Positions 8,711 to 17,305 of a DNA stretch of 64,000 nucleotides are shown here, piece after piece. The notes beneath the pieces were generated by a model that ran no database searches, had not been told where the DNA came from, and was given only the letters and a program-made list of their open reading frames with translations. A program made the translations under genes and the position numbers. This DNA is from Alphaproteobacteria bacterium (lineage in GTDB: Bacteria > Pseudomonadota > Alphaproteobacteria > UBA1280 > UBA6503), in NCBI GenBank assembly GCA_021774615.1, contig JAJFIW010000003.1, positions 7,867 to 71,866 on the forward strand, read 5' to 3'. Each line of letters begins with the position of its first letter. The first letter of the stretch is position 1.

Positions 8711-10078
8711 CTAGGCTTGCCATTTCTTAAGCTTACGGTCAAGCGCTGGGCGAGAGATATTTAGAATATCGCAGGTTTTGCCTTTATGGTTACCTGTTGC
8801 TTCTAGAACGTTTAAGATATGCGCTTTTTCTACTTCTTCTAAAGAAATAAGCTGTGTTGAGGCTGTAGGGGCTAGGTCAAGGTCTGTTGTGGCTGCGGCT
8901 GTTGGTAGGTTAGGGTTAATGTCTTCAACGTCTATGTATGCTTGCTGTGCGTGGGCTGCGGCTCTGGTTAAAACGTTCTCTAGCTCGCGGATATTGCCTG
9001 TCCAAGGTTGTGCTTTTAGTTGTGTCATACCATCTAAGGTAATCCCCTTAATGGTTTTACCTAGGCTGTGGTTAATCCGCATTAGTAAGTTGCTTACAAT
9101 CGCGGTGAAGTCAGACATCCGCTCTTTTAAAGTTGGGATGTAAATATCAATAACATCAAGGCGGTAAAATAAATCTTCACGGAACTTGCCCGCCGCTACC
9201 ATTTTGCGTAAATCCCGATGAGTCGCAGCAATAATCCTAGCGTTAGTAGTTAATGTTTTATTGCTACCTACACGCTCAAAGGTTTGCTCTTGTAATACTC
9301 GTAGTAATTTTGCTTGTAAATGTGGCGACATTTCGCCAATTTCGTCAAGGAACAAAGTGCCATTTTCAGCAATCTCGAAACGCCCTTGTTTGGCTTGGTC
9401 AGCACCTGTAAAAGCACCTTTTTCATGCCCAAAAAGTTCGCTCTCGAGCAATGTATCAACAATTGAGGCACAGTTTACAGCAACAAAAGGGCCTTTATGT
9501 TCGCCATGGCTATGAATGGCTTTTGCCACTAGCTCTTTACCTGTTCCTGATGCACCTTGGATAAGTACATTGGCAGTATTTTGGGTGGCAATAGCAATTT
9601 TTTTGCATACTTCAATCATCTCGGCGCTGCTGCCAGTAATTTCAGGGGTAGTATCTTCTTGGGAAGGCGCAGTATTTACCGTAGCTTTTTTAGTGTCAGC
9701 TTTAAGAGCATGGTGAATAATAGTATCAAGCTTTTGTAGGTCTATAGGCTTATGGACATAATCAAAAGCACCTGTTTTCATGGCAGTGATGACTAATTTC
9801 ATATCGTGAAAACCAGTAACCATTACAACTGGCCGCTGGTTGTTGTCTTCCAAGAGCCATTGCAATAATTTTAGACCATTTGTATCGGGCAAGTGTTGGT
9901 CAAGGAGAACAAGCTTACAAGCATTTGTATCTAAAAACTTTTTGGCTTCAGCGCCTGTGTGTGCAATGTGGGTTGTAAGGCCTATATCATCAATGTGTAG
10001 GCTTAGCATTTCAGACAAAGATTCATCATCGTCAATAATTAGAATGTCGCAGGTACTCATTATTGTGGTTGCTCCCAC
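8711..10078 (-). CDS. sigma54-dependent response regulator, NtrC/NtrX family (REC + AAA+ + Fis-type HTH)
   Basis: N-terminal receiver with ILIIDDDES and a phospho-acceptor Asp, an AAA+ domain with GASGTGKE and the ESELFGHEKGAFTGA (GAFTGA) motif, and a C-terminal HTH. Confidence 0.85.
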   Translation of the reverse strand: MGATTIMSTCDILIIDDDESLSEMLSLHIDDIGLTTHIAHTGAEAKKFLDTNACKLVLLDQHLPDTNGLKLLQWLLEDNNQRPVVMVTGFHDMKLVITAMKTGAFDYVHKPIDLQKLDTIIHHALKADTKKATVNTAPSQEDTTPEITGSSAEMIEVCKKIAIATQNTANVLIQGASGTGKELVAKAIHSHGEHKGPFVAVNCASIVDTLLESELFGHEKGAFTGADQAKQGRFEIAENGTLFLDEIGEMSPHLQAKLLRVLQEQTFERVGSNKTLTTNARIIAATHRDLRKMVAAGKFREDLFYRLDVIDIYIPTLKERMSDFTAIVSNLLMRINHSLGKTIKGITLDGMTQLKAQPWTGNIRELENVLTRAAAHAQQAYIDVEDINPNLPTAAATTDLDLAPTASTQLISLEEVEKAHILNVLEATGNHKGKTCDILNISRPALDRKLKKWQA

Positions 10079-10338
10079 TCGTGCGGCGTATAAGCACGAA
10101 TACTAACAGCATGTATTTTATGGTTAGCCAAAAATTGGTCTAACGCTTTATATACTTCTCGATGGCGTTTAATATTATTTTTATTGGCAAAAACATCGCT
10201 AACAATTAGGACGTCGTAATGCCCGCCGCCATGCTCTTTAGCACCTGCATGGTTTTTGTGAAGGTGGCTTTTGTCGACAACATCTATCATCGTTGGATTA
10301 AAAGTATTGGTTAGGATGGTTTTAATTGTATCTAGCAT
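10060..10338 (-). CDS. bolA: BolA-family protein
   Basis: HLHKNHAGAKEHGGGHYDVLIVSDVFANK...RHREVYKALDQ matches the BolA signature. Likely start is MLDTIKTIL; the ORF track starts 18 nt earlier. Confidence 0.75.
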   Translation of the reverse strand: MLDTIKTILTNTFNPTMIDVVDKSHLHKNHAGAKEHGGGHYDVLIVSDVFANKNNIKRHREVYKALDQFLANHKIHAVSIRAYTPHEWEQPQ

Positions 10339-10384
10339 GTATATAATGATACACAATTTTTAAATGAATAACAAAGGCGATATA

Positions 10385-11152
10385 ATGAAAATTACTAGTT
10401 GGAATGTTAACTCTATCCGTGCGCGGCTCGAGCATGTTTTAGATTGGCTCGAGGAGAACGACCCAGATGTATTGTGCCTACAAGAAATAAAAGTGCAAGA
10501 CGAGCATTTCCCTGAGGAGTTATTTGTAGATGCAGGCTGGGAAGTATACCTAAATGGGCAACGCACCTATAATGGGGTTGCGTTGATTAGCAAGGAGCCT
10601 TTGGCTGGTGTTGTTACCAACACAAACATAGAAATCCTCGACGAACAAAGCCGCATTATTGCTGCAGATGTTGGCGATGTGCGGGTTTATAATGTATATG
10701 CACCTAATGGTAAAGCACCAGATACCCCATCATTTGCGTTTAAAGAGGCTTGGTATGCAGCCTTTACCGATTTTATTGCAGCTAACCATAAGCCAACCGA
10801 TAAATTAGTCATTTGCGGCGATTTTAATATTGCTCCCGCCGACATTGACGTTTGGGATGCAGACAAAATGCTAGGGCATTGCTGTTTCCACCCTAGCGAG
10901 CATAAATGGTTAAAACATTTAATGGACTTTGGGCTAATAGATAGCTTCCGTAACCTTTACCCTAACGAGCAAGCCTTCACATGGTGGGATTATCGCCAAG
11001 CTAGTTTCCAGCGTAATAGCGGGATGCGTATCGACCATCATCTAGTGTCGCAAAGCTTACTGCCACTAGTAAAAGATGTTGTGCTAGATAAAGCTGAACG
11101 AGCTAAAGAGCGCCCGTCGGACCATATCCCCGTAACATTAGTACTTAAATAA
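10385..11152 (+). CDS. xthA: exodeoxyribonuclease III
   Basis: MKITSWNVNSIRARLEHVLDWL..., CLQEIKV, ICGDFNIAP and SDHIPV are ExoIII/EEP-family catalytic motifs. ATG at 10385 preferred over the track start at 10364. Confidence 0.85.
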   Translation: MKITSWNVNSIRARLEHVLDWLEENDPDVLCLQEIKVQDEHFPEELFVDAGWEVYLNGQRTYNGVALISKEPLAGVVTNTNIEILDEQSRIIAADVGDVRVYNVYAPNGKAPDTPSFAFKEAWYAAFTDFIAANHKPTDKLVICGDFNIAPADIDVWDADKMLGHCCFHPSEHKWLKHLMDFGLIDSFRNLYPNEQAFTWWDYRQASFQRNSGMRIDHHLVSQSLLPLVKDVVLDKAERAKERPSDHIPVTLVLK

Positions 11153-11153
11153 T

Positions 11154-11183
11154 AAAAAAGCGCCCCACTGGGGGCGCTTTTAA
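11154..11183. terminator. bidirectional Rho-independent terminator between convergent xthA and rpmG
   Basis: AAAAAAGCGCCCCACTGGGGGCGCTTTT. Confidence 0.6.
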
Positions 11184-11199
11184 AATATGCGTAAAAGAA

Positions 11200-11373
11200 T
11201 TAGCTTTTTAGCTTAGTTTCTTTAAATAGAACGTGCTTACGAACAACTGGATCATATTTATTGATTTCCAATTTTTCAGTTGCAGTTCTTGGGTTCTTTT
11301 TAGTTGTATAATAATAGCCTGTATCAGCTGTTGAAACTAGCTTGATGTATTGGCTGTTTGTGCGCTTTGCCAC
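11200..11373 (-). CDS. rpmG: 50S ribosomal protein L33
   Basis: (M)[55 protein letters not shown] is an L33 sequence. There is no in-frame ATG; start inferred as GTG at 11373 preceded by AGAGGG 7 nt upstream. Confidence 0.8.
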   Translation of the reverse strand: MAKRTNSQYIKLVSTADTGYYYTTKKNPRTATEKLEINKYDPVVRKHVLFKETKLKS

Positions 11374-11504
11374 GGTATTACCCTCTTTAAATCTCGGTTG
11401 TGTCGCATTTTTAAGGCAATATCCATCTAAAGTCAAAAGAAAATCGTAAATAATTGTTATTTTTATTGTATATTAGGCACATATAATAAATAGAAAGCTG
11501 CACC

Positions 11505-12413
11505 ATGACTACAATCGGGCAACAATTTCTTGACGCTATCTACGCCGAAACGGCTCCATTGCTTGTTCTTGGCGCTCCCACACCTTTTGTTGCAATGCAA
11601 ATGGAGGCTAAAGGCTATAAGGCTGCATATTTGTCGGGCGCAGGGATGAGCTATTTTAGCTATGGCATCCCCGATGTAGGTATTTTAGGGCTAGATGAAG
11701 TAGCGGCCGAAGTTCGTAAATTCTGCCGAGTGTGCGACCTACCATTATTGGTAGACGTAGACACAGGTTGGAATGACCCCGAAAAAACAACCCAAACAAT
11801 TATTGCAGCAGGTGCTGCAGGTTTCCATATCGAAGACCAAACCGAGGACAAACGCTGCGGCCATTTAGACGGCAAAAGCATAGTCCCAACCACCGAAATG
11901 GCAGAACGAATTAAAGCGGCTGTAAAAGGCAAAACCTCAGGGCAAATAAAAGACCCTAACTTTATGATTATGGCACGTACCGACGCCTTTGCTATCGAAG
12001 GGTTTGAAGGTGCAATAAAACGGATTGAAGCCTACATAGATGCAGGTGCTACCGCAATTTTCGCCGAAGCCATGACAGACCTAGAGCACTACCGCAAAAT
12101 TAGAGATGTTATCGGTAAAGATATTCCACTACTTGCTAATATGACTGAATACGGCAAAACTCCGCTGTTTTCACAAAGCGAACTCGCCAGCGTGGATGTA
12201 GACATTATGCTACTACCAGTATCCCTTAACCGAGCCATGCACGGCATGACAACAACATGGCTCGACGAAATCAAAAAAACAGGCACAACCCAAGGTATGG
12301 TAGACCGTGGTGAGCTGCGCCCTCGGCACGAATATAGCGATTTAATAGACTATAACCCTCAAACTGATAGCCGTGAGACTGTGCTAGCACGTCTAAATGC
12401 ACGGCATAAATAA
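11505..12413 (+). CDS. prpB: 2-methylisocitrate lyase
   Basis: 302 aa of the ICL/PEP-mutase superfamily with a KRCGH catalytic motif, directly upstream of prpC and prpD. Confidence 0.85.
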   Translation: MTTIGQQFLDAIYAETAPLLVLGAPTPFVAMQMEAKGYKAAYLSGAGMSYFSYGIPDVGILGLDEVAAEVRKFCRVCDLPLLVDVDTGWNDPEKTTQTIIAAGAAGFHIEDQTEDKRCGHLDGKSIVPTTEMAERIKAAVKGKTSGQIKDPNFMIMARTDAFAIEGFEGAIKRIEAYIDAGATAIFAEAMTDLEHYRKIRDVIGKDIPLLANMTEYGKTPLFSQSELASVDVDIMLLPVSLNRAMHGMTTTWLDEIKKTGTTQGMVDRGELRPRHEYSDLIDYNPQTDSRETVLARLNARHK

Positions 12414-12434
12414 AACAACCAAGGAGCTTACCTT

Positions 12435-13559
12435 ATGACAGCACTACCTAAAAAGAAAACAGGCGGACTTGCAGGCATTGTAGCAGGTCAAACAGCAATC
12501 TCATCGGCTGGCGGTGCCCACGAGCTGCGTTACCGTGGCTATAGCATTTATGATCTGGCCGAACATTGCACTTTTGAGGAAGTTGCCTATCTTGTTATTT
12601 ACGGTAAACTACCCGACAAAATTGACCTTACAGCATTTAACGAGCGTTTGCATAACGAGCGCGATATTCCAGACTCGCTAAAAGAAGTGCTGGAACGTAT
12701 CCCAGCTACAGCCCACCCTATGGACGTTTTGCGTACAGGGGTTAGCTTTCTAGGTAATATCGAACCCGAAACCACAACCCACGACCAATTCGCCATTACC
12801 GAGCGCTTGCTGGCATGTTTACCAAGCATGATGCTGTATTGGTGGCACTATACCCAAAAGGGCGAGAAAATAGAGTGCATTAGCGAGGCCGACGGCATCG
12901 CCGAACATTTCTTAACCCTGCTCCACGGTAAGTACCCGTCAGAGCTACATAAAAAGATGATGAATATATCGCTAACTCTTTATGCCGAGCACGAGTTTAA
13001 CGCTTCAACTTTCACTGGCCGTATTATTACCTCAACCTTGTCCGACTTTTACTCGGCAACAGTTGGCGCAATCGGTGCATTACGAGGGCCACTGCACGGC
13101 GGCGCAAACGAAGCCGCGATGGAGCTAATCGCAAGCTATCAAACTCCAGACGAAGCTAGCAAAGGCGTGCTAGATAAACTAGCCAAAAAAGAGCTAATAA
13201 TGGGCTTCGGGCATAGGGTTTATACCGAAGCTGACCCCCGTAACCGCGTAATCAAAGAGTGCTCACGCAAACTTGCAGCCGACCACGGCGACATGACCCT
13301 GTTCGACATTTCAGCAGCAATCGAAAAAGTGCTGTGGGACGAAAAACACATGTTCCCCAACCTAGATTTTTACTCGGCCAGCACCTATAACCTAATGGGC
13401 ATTCCAACTCCACTCTTTACCCCAATTTTCGTAATGAGCCGCATCAGCGGCTGGGCAGCCCACTTTATCGAACAACGCGCCAACAACAAACTAATCCGCC
13501 CCGGCGCCGACTACATCGGGCCAAGTGAATTACCGTTTGTGGCGTTGGAGAAGCGGTAG
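12435..13559 (+). CDS. prpC: 2-methylcitrate synthase
   Basis: 374 aa of the citrate synthase family (GFGHRVY, HGGANEAAM motifs) sitting between prpB and prpD. Confidence 0.85.
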   Translation: MTALPKKKTGGLAGIVAGQTAISSAGGAHELRYRGYSIYDLAEHCTFEEVAYLVIYGKLPDKIDLTAFNERLHNERDIPDSLKEVLERIPATAHPMDVLRTGVSFLGNIEPETTTHDQFAITERLLACLPSMMLYWWHYTQKGEKIECISEADGIAEHFLTLLHGKYPSELHKKMMNISLTLYAEHEFNASTFTGRIITSTLSDFYSATVGAIGALRGPLHGGANEAAMELIASYQTPDEASKGVLDKLAKKELIMGFGHRVYTEADPRNRVIKECSRKLAADHGDMTLFDISAAIEKVLWDEKHMFPNLDFYSASTYNLMGIPTPLFTPIFVMSRISGWAAHFIEQRANNKLIRPGADYIGPSELPFVALEKR

Positions 13560-13598
13560 ATAAAATAAAATAATTAATAGAAATAATAAGGAAATAGC

Positions 13599-15056
13599 AT
13601 GAGCAACCTAGCCCACAGCCTAACTGATGACAACACTCGTAAAGATTATGACGAGGTATTGATGAAAATTGCGGATTATGTTTGTGATTTTGTGCCTAGT
13701 TCGACGGAAGATTACGACACTGCTCGTAATTGTTTGATGGACACCCTTGGGTGTGGGTTTTTAGCGTTGAAGTTCCCGCAGTGCCAAGCAATGCTGGGGG
13801 CAGTGGTTGAGGGCGCAGACTTACCTATGGATAAGGGCGGCGTGCCAGTGCCGGGGACTTCCCATACACTTGACCCAATTAAAGCTGCGTTCGACATTGG
13901 CTGCATGGTGCGTTGGCTCGACTATAACGACACGTGGCTTGCTGCCGAGTGGGGGCATCCCAGCGACAACCTTGGTGCAATTTTAGCATCTTGCGACTAC
14001 ATGACCAGAACTGGCAAGAAAAACTATACTGTCCACGATGTGCTTACTTACATGATAAAATCCCATGAAATACAGGGTATTTTAGCACTAGAAAACAGCT
14101 TTAATAAAGTAGGGCTAGACCATGTGGTATTGGTTAAGGTGGCGTCTACTGCTGTTGCAACCCACATTATGGGTGGCACAAAACAACAAGTGCTTGATGC
14201 CGTAAGCCACGCATGGCTAGACGGGCAAAGCCTACGGACTTACCGCCATTCGCCAAATACAGGTAGCCGCAAAAGCTGGGCTGCGGGCGACGCTACCAGC
14301 CGTGCAGTACGCCTTGCATTAATTGTACTAAAAGGCGAAATGGGCTACCCAAGCGTGCTAACCGCACCTACTTGGGGCTTTTATGATGTGTTGTTTAAGG
14401 GTAAAGAGTTTAAATTCCAACGGGAGTTTTCTAGCTACGTAATGGAGAATATTCTATTTAAAATTAGCTTTCCTGCCGAGTTCCATAGCCAAACAGCAGT
14501 AGAAGCTGCGGTAAAACTGCATGATGTAGTTAAAAACCGCCTTGATGATATCGAACGGATTGAGCTAATAACCCACGAGGCCGCAATTCGGATTATTAGC
14601 AAGACTGGTGCACTCCATAACTTTGCCGACCGTGACCATTGCTTGCAATATATGGTGGCAGTGCCACTAATAAAAGGTAACCTTACCGAAGATGACTACT
14701 CGGACGAGGCAGCGTCTAACCCACAAATAGATGTTTTACGAGAAAAAATGGTAGTAAGTGAGGACAAACAATACTCGGTTGACTACCATGACCCCGAAAA
14801 ACGCAGCATTGCTAATGCTATCCAAATTTTCTTTACCAATGGCACAAGCAGCGAAAAAGTAGCGATTGAATACCCAATCGGCCACCGCCGCCGCCGAGAC
14901 GAGGGGATACCAGTGCTAGAAGAAAAGTTTAAACGTAACCTACGAGTTGTTTTTGACGATACCCAAGCCAACAACATTTTCGCACTGTGTAAAGACGTGG
15001 ATAGGCTGAATAAAACACTAGTAACAGACTTTAGCGAGATGCTTATTCGCAGATAA
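13599..15056 (+). CDS. prpD: 2-methylcitrate dehydratase
   Basis: 485-aa MmgE/PrpD-family protein in the prpBCD gene order. Confidence 0.85.
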   Translation: MSNLAHSLTDDNTRKDYDEVLMKIADYVCDFVPSSTEDYDTARNCLMDTLGCGFLALKFPQCQAMLGAVVEGADLPMDKGGVPVPGTSHTLDPIKAAFDIGCMVRWLDYNDTWLAAEWGHPSDNLGAILASCDYMTRTGKKNYTVHDVLTYMIKSHEIQGILALENSFNKVGLDHVVLVKVASTAVATHIMGGTKQQVLDAVSHAWLDGQSLRTYRHSPNTGSRKSWAAGDATSRAVRLALIVLKGEMGYPSVLTAPTWGFYDVLFKGKEFKFQREFSSYVMENILFKISFPAEFHSQTAVEAAVKLHDVVKNRLDDIERIELITHEAAIRIISKTGALHNFADRDHCLQYMVAVPLIKGNLTEDDYSDEAASNPQIDVLREKMVVSEDKQYSVDYHDPEKRSIANAIQIFFTNGTSSEKVAIEYPIGHRRRRDEGIPVLEEKFKRNLRVVFDDTQANNIFALCKDVDRLNKTLVTDFSEMLIRR

Positions 15057-15474
15057 AGCTAACAACACCCCAGCCAAAGTCTTTTTTGACTTCTATTTTT
15101 AGGGGGAGTTCTAAAGTAGGTAGGTGTAGAGTTTGTTCGATAGGTAAGGTTGTAATTACTTGTGCGTAGCTAAATTCTTCAGGTGGGTTATCTATTTCTA
15201 GGGTTAGTACTTCGTCGATAATTCGTAAATGCACAGAATATCCAGGTGACGGCACAACAATTTTACCCCTGGCGTTGATTGCACCGTTCTGAAGGCGGGT
15301 TAATGACAGGCTGTTCTCGTCTTGGGCATGGTCTGGGGTGCAAATTGCAGTTTTTGTTTGTGCCATTACTATAGGCGCAACATACCAGCTACTTAAAAAA
15401 ACAAATGCTAGCAAAAACCTAGTCAATACAGACCTTGTAGCGTGATGTTCTGGCACTTGCAGGTTGTGGTGCAT
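15043..15474 (-). CDS. hypothetical secreted protein
   Basis: Signal-peptide-like segment ...FLLAFVFLSSWYVAPIVMA and two Cys residues. The start is uncertain because it overlaps the tail of the next ORF. Confidence 0.4.
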   Translation of the reverse strand: MHHNLQVPEHHATRSVLTRFLLAFVFLSSWYVAPIVMAQTKTAICTPDHAQDENSLSLTRLQNGAINARGKIVVPSPGYSVHLRIIDEVLTLEIDNPPEEFSYAQVITTLPIEQTLHLPTLELPLKIEVKKDFGWGVVSFICE

Positions 15475-15715
15475 AAACCTTTGGCTGGATAGATGCAGTG
15501 CGTTGTTGCTGCATTCTCTTATTTTTTAATTGCTGCTGTTTTGACGGTTTTATACGGTGCCCGTTAGATGTATAAGTACTTATATAAGTAGGTGCAATAG
15601 CACGTACTGCTTGTGGCTGTGCATCACTACAGCGTACTTTCATGGCATTGGCATTGGGGGTTACAAAGCCAACCATAGCAATGGTTACAATAATAATTAC
15701 GACTAGGTTCTTCAT
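15419..15715 (-). CDS. small secreted Cys-pair protein, paralog A
   Basis: Signal peptide MKNLVVIIIVTIAMVGFVTPNANA, then MKVRCSDAQPQ..., a basic Q-rich middle, and a C-terminus of YKVCID. Confidence 0.5.
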   Translation of the reverse strand: MKNLVVIIIVTIAMVGFVTPNANAMKVRCSDAQPQAVRAIAPTYISTYTSNGHRIKPSKQQQLKNKRMQQQRTASIQPKVYAPQPASARTSRYKVCID

Positions 15716-15747
15716 TTTAAGCTCTTATCTTGGAATGTTTAAATAAA

Positions 15748-16062
15748 TTAGTTGTTACAAACTTTGTAGTTAAGGTTTTTCTGGTCTGCAATCTCAAATT
15801 TCATTGGTGCGTAGCTGTCTTGAGGTTGCGTGGTACCTTTTTTACGGGCTTGTTCTCTATTCTTGCGCTGTAAATCTTTTTTCTCTCTAAGAGTAAGCCT
15901 GTTATTAGCTTTTCTTTCGGCAGCAGGGATTATATTAACGTTACCATTTGTTGTACGTGTTTGTGGGTCGCTACAACGTACTTTTAAGGCAGAAGCATCA
16001 GGGATAGAAACCATAGTAGCAATGGCTACGGTAACAATTGTAAGTATAATTTTGCTTCTCAT
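15748..16062 (-). CDS. small secreted Cys-pair protein, paralog B
   Basis: Signal peptide MRSKIILTIVTVAIATMVSIPDASA, then LKVRCSDPQT..., ending NYKVCNN. Same architecture as 15419-15715. ATG at 16062 preferred over the track start. Confidence 0.5.
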   Translation of the reverse strand: MRSKIILTIVTVAIATMVSIPDASALKVRCSDPQTRTTNGNVNIIPAAERKANNRLTLREKKDLQRKNREQARKKGTTQPQDSYAPMKFEIADQKNLNYKVCNN

Positions 16063-16140
16063 AATTTTGCCTCTAAATAAATATGTAAAATCCAATAACG
16101 CCTCATACATGGGGATGATTTATTATTTTTCAAGTGGTAG

Positions 16141-17289
16141 CTAGCAACCTATTTGCCGCGAGATAACAATTCTTTGCACTTCGCTGGTACCTTCGCCAAT
16201 CTGTAAAATCCGTTGGTCGCGCCATAGGCGCTCTACATCGTACTCGCGCATTAGGCCGTAGCCACCATGGATTTGGATTGCTTGGTCGGTAACTCTGCCT
16301 GCCATTTCGGTGCAGAATAGTTTAGCAATAGCTGCTTGTTTGGTGTAATTCTCGTCGTTGTCACGCATTTTAGCTACACTGTAAAGGTAGGTGCGGGCAA
16401 GGTCTATTTCCATTGCCATGTCGGCAAGTTTAAATGATATTGCTTGGTGTTTTGAAATAGGCTTGCCAAACTGCTTGCGTTCTTTTGCATATGCTAGTGC
16501 TAGCTCGTAGGCACCTTGTGCGTGCCCTAGGCCCATTGCAGCAATACCAAGGCGGCCATAGTCTAGTGCGGTAAACATTTGTTTGCTGCCATTGCCAATT
16601 TCACCGATGATAGCATCATCAGCTACTTCTACATTATCGAAATATACTTCGGCGGTGTCAGACGCTCGCCACATTAGTTTACCATGCATTGGTTTTACGG
16701 TTAGCCCTGGGGTATCTTTTTCGACCAGAAAGCATGTAAGCTCGGGGTTGCCATTTTCTTGGGTACCAGTGCGTGCTTGCACGGTAAGGCCGCCAGAAAG
16801 TTGGTTTGCTACATTGGTAATAAATATTTTAGCGCCATTAATAGCCCAACCACTATTAGTTTTGGTAGCAGTCGTTTCGGTTGCACGGCTGTCTGAGCCT
16901 GCATTAGGCTCGGTTAAACCGAAGCCCCATAGCATTTCGCCAGTGCACATTTTAGGTAGGTATTTTTGTTTTTGTTCTTCTGTCCCGAACATGTACAAAG
17001 GGCCAATCCCAATCGAGTTATGGGCGGTAACGGTTGCTGCTTGCGAGCCATCAATACGGCTTATTTCTTCCATAGCAATAACATAAGAAAGGCTGTCGAG
17101 ACCATGCCCACCATATTCTGGGGCAATGGTCATGCCGAATAGGCCCATTTCACCCATTTTTTTAGTAAGCTCAACCGAGAACTCTTCTTTTTCGTCTAGT
17201 TTTTGGGCAAGGGGTTTTATTTCTTCCTCGGCAAAACGGCGGATAGAGTCCCTAATCATGCGGTGTTCATCGTTTAAAAGAATATCCAT
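16141..17289 (-). CDS. acyl-CoA dehydrogenase
   Basis: ACAD-family motifs across the length (GLTEPNAGSD, YGGYG-like C-terminus). Start taken as ATG at 17289 with AAGAGG 5 nt upstream (MDILLNDEHRM...). Confidence 0.85.
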   Translation of the reverse strand: MDILLNDEHRMIRDSIRRFAEEEIKPLAQKLDEKEEFSVELTKKMGEMGLFGMTIAPEYGGHGLDSLSYVIAMEEISRIDGSQAATVTAHNSIGIGPLYMFGTEEQKQKYLPKMCTGEMLWGFGLTEPNAGSDSRATETTATKTNSGWAINGAKIFITNVANQLSGGLTVQARTGTQENGNPELTCFLVEKDTPGLTVKPMHGKLMWRASDTAEVYFDNVEVADDAIIGEIGNGSKQMFTALDYGRLGIAAMGLGHAQGAYELALAYAKERKQFGKPISKHQAISFKLADMAMEIDLARTYLYSVAKMRDNDENYTKQAAIAKLFCTEMAGRVTDQAIQIHGGYGLMREYDVERLWRDQRILQIGEGTSEVQRIVISRQIGC

Positions 17290-17305
17290 GCTAGACCTCT
17301 TTTCT

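Noticed and set aside
8711-10078. Calling the sigma54 activator PrpR (regulator of the nearby prpBCD genes)
   Set aside because: It has an N-terminal receiver domain (NtrC/NtrX-type) rather than a PrpR-type sensing domain. It is also separated from prpB by bolA, xthA and rpmG, with divergent and convergent orientations between them.
10270-10285. A third copy of the GTCGACAACC core of the structured repeat inside bolA
   Set aside because: Only a 10–12-nt match lies within coding sequence, without the flanking blocks, so it is most likely coincidental.
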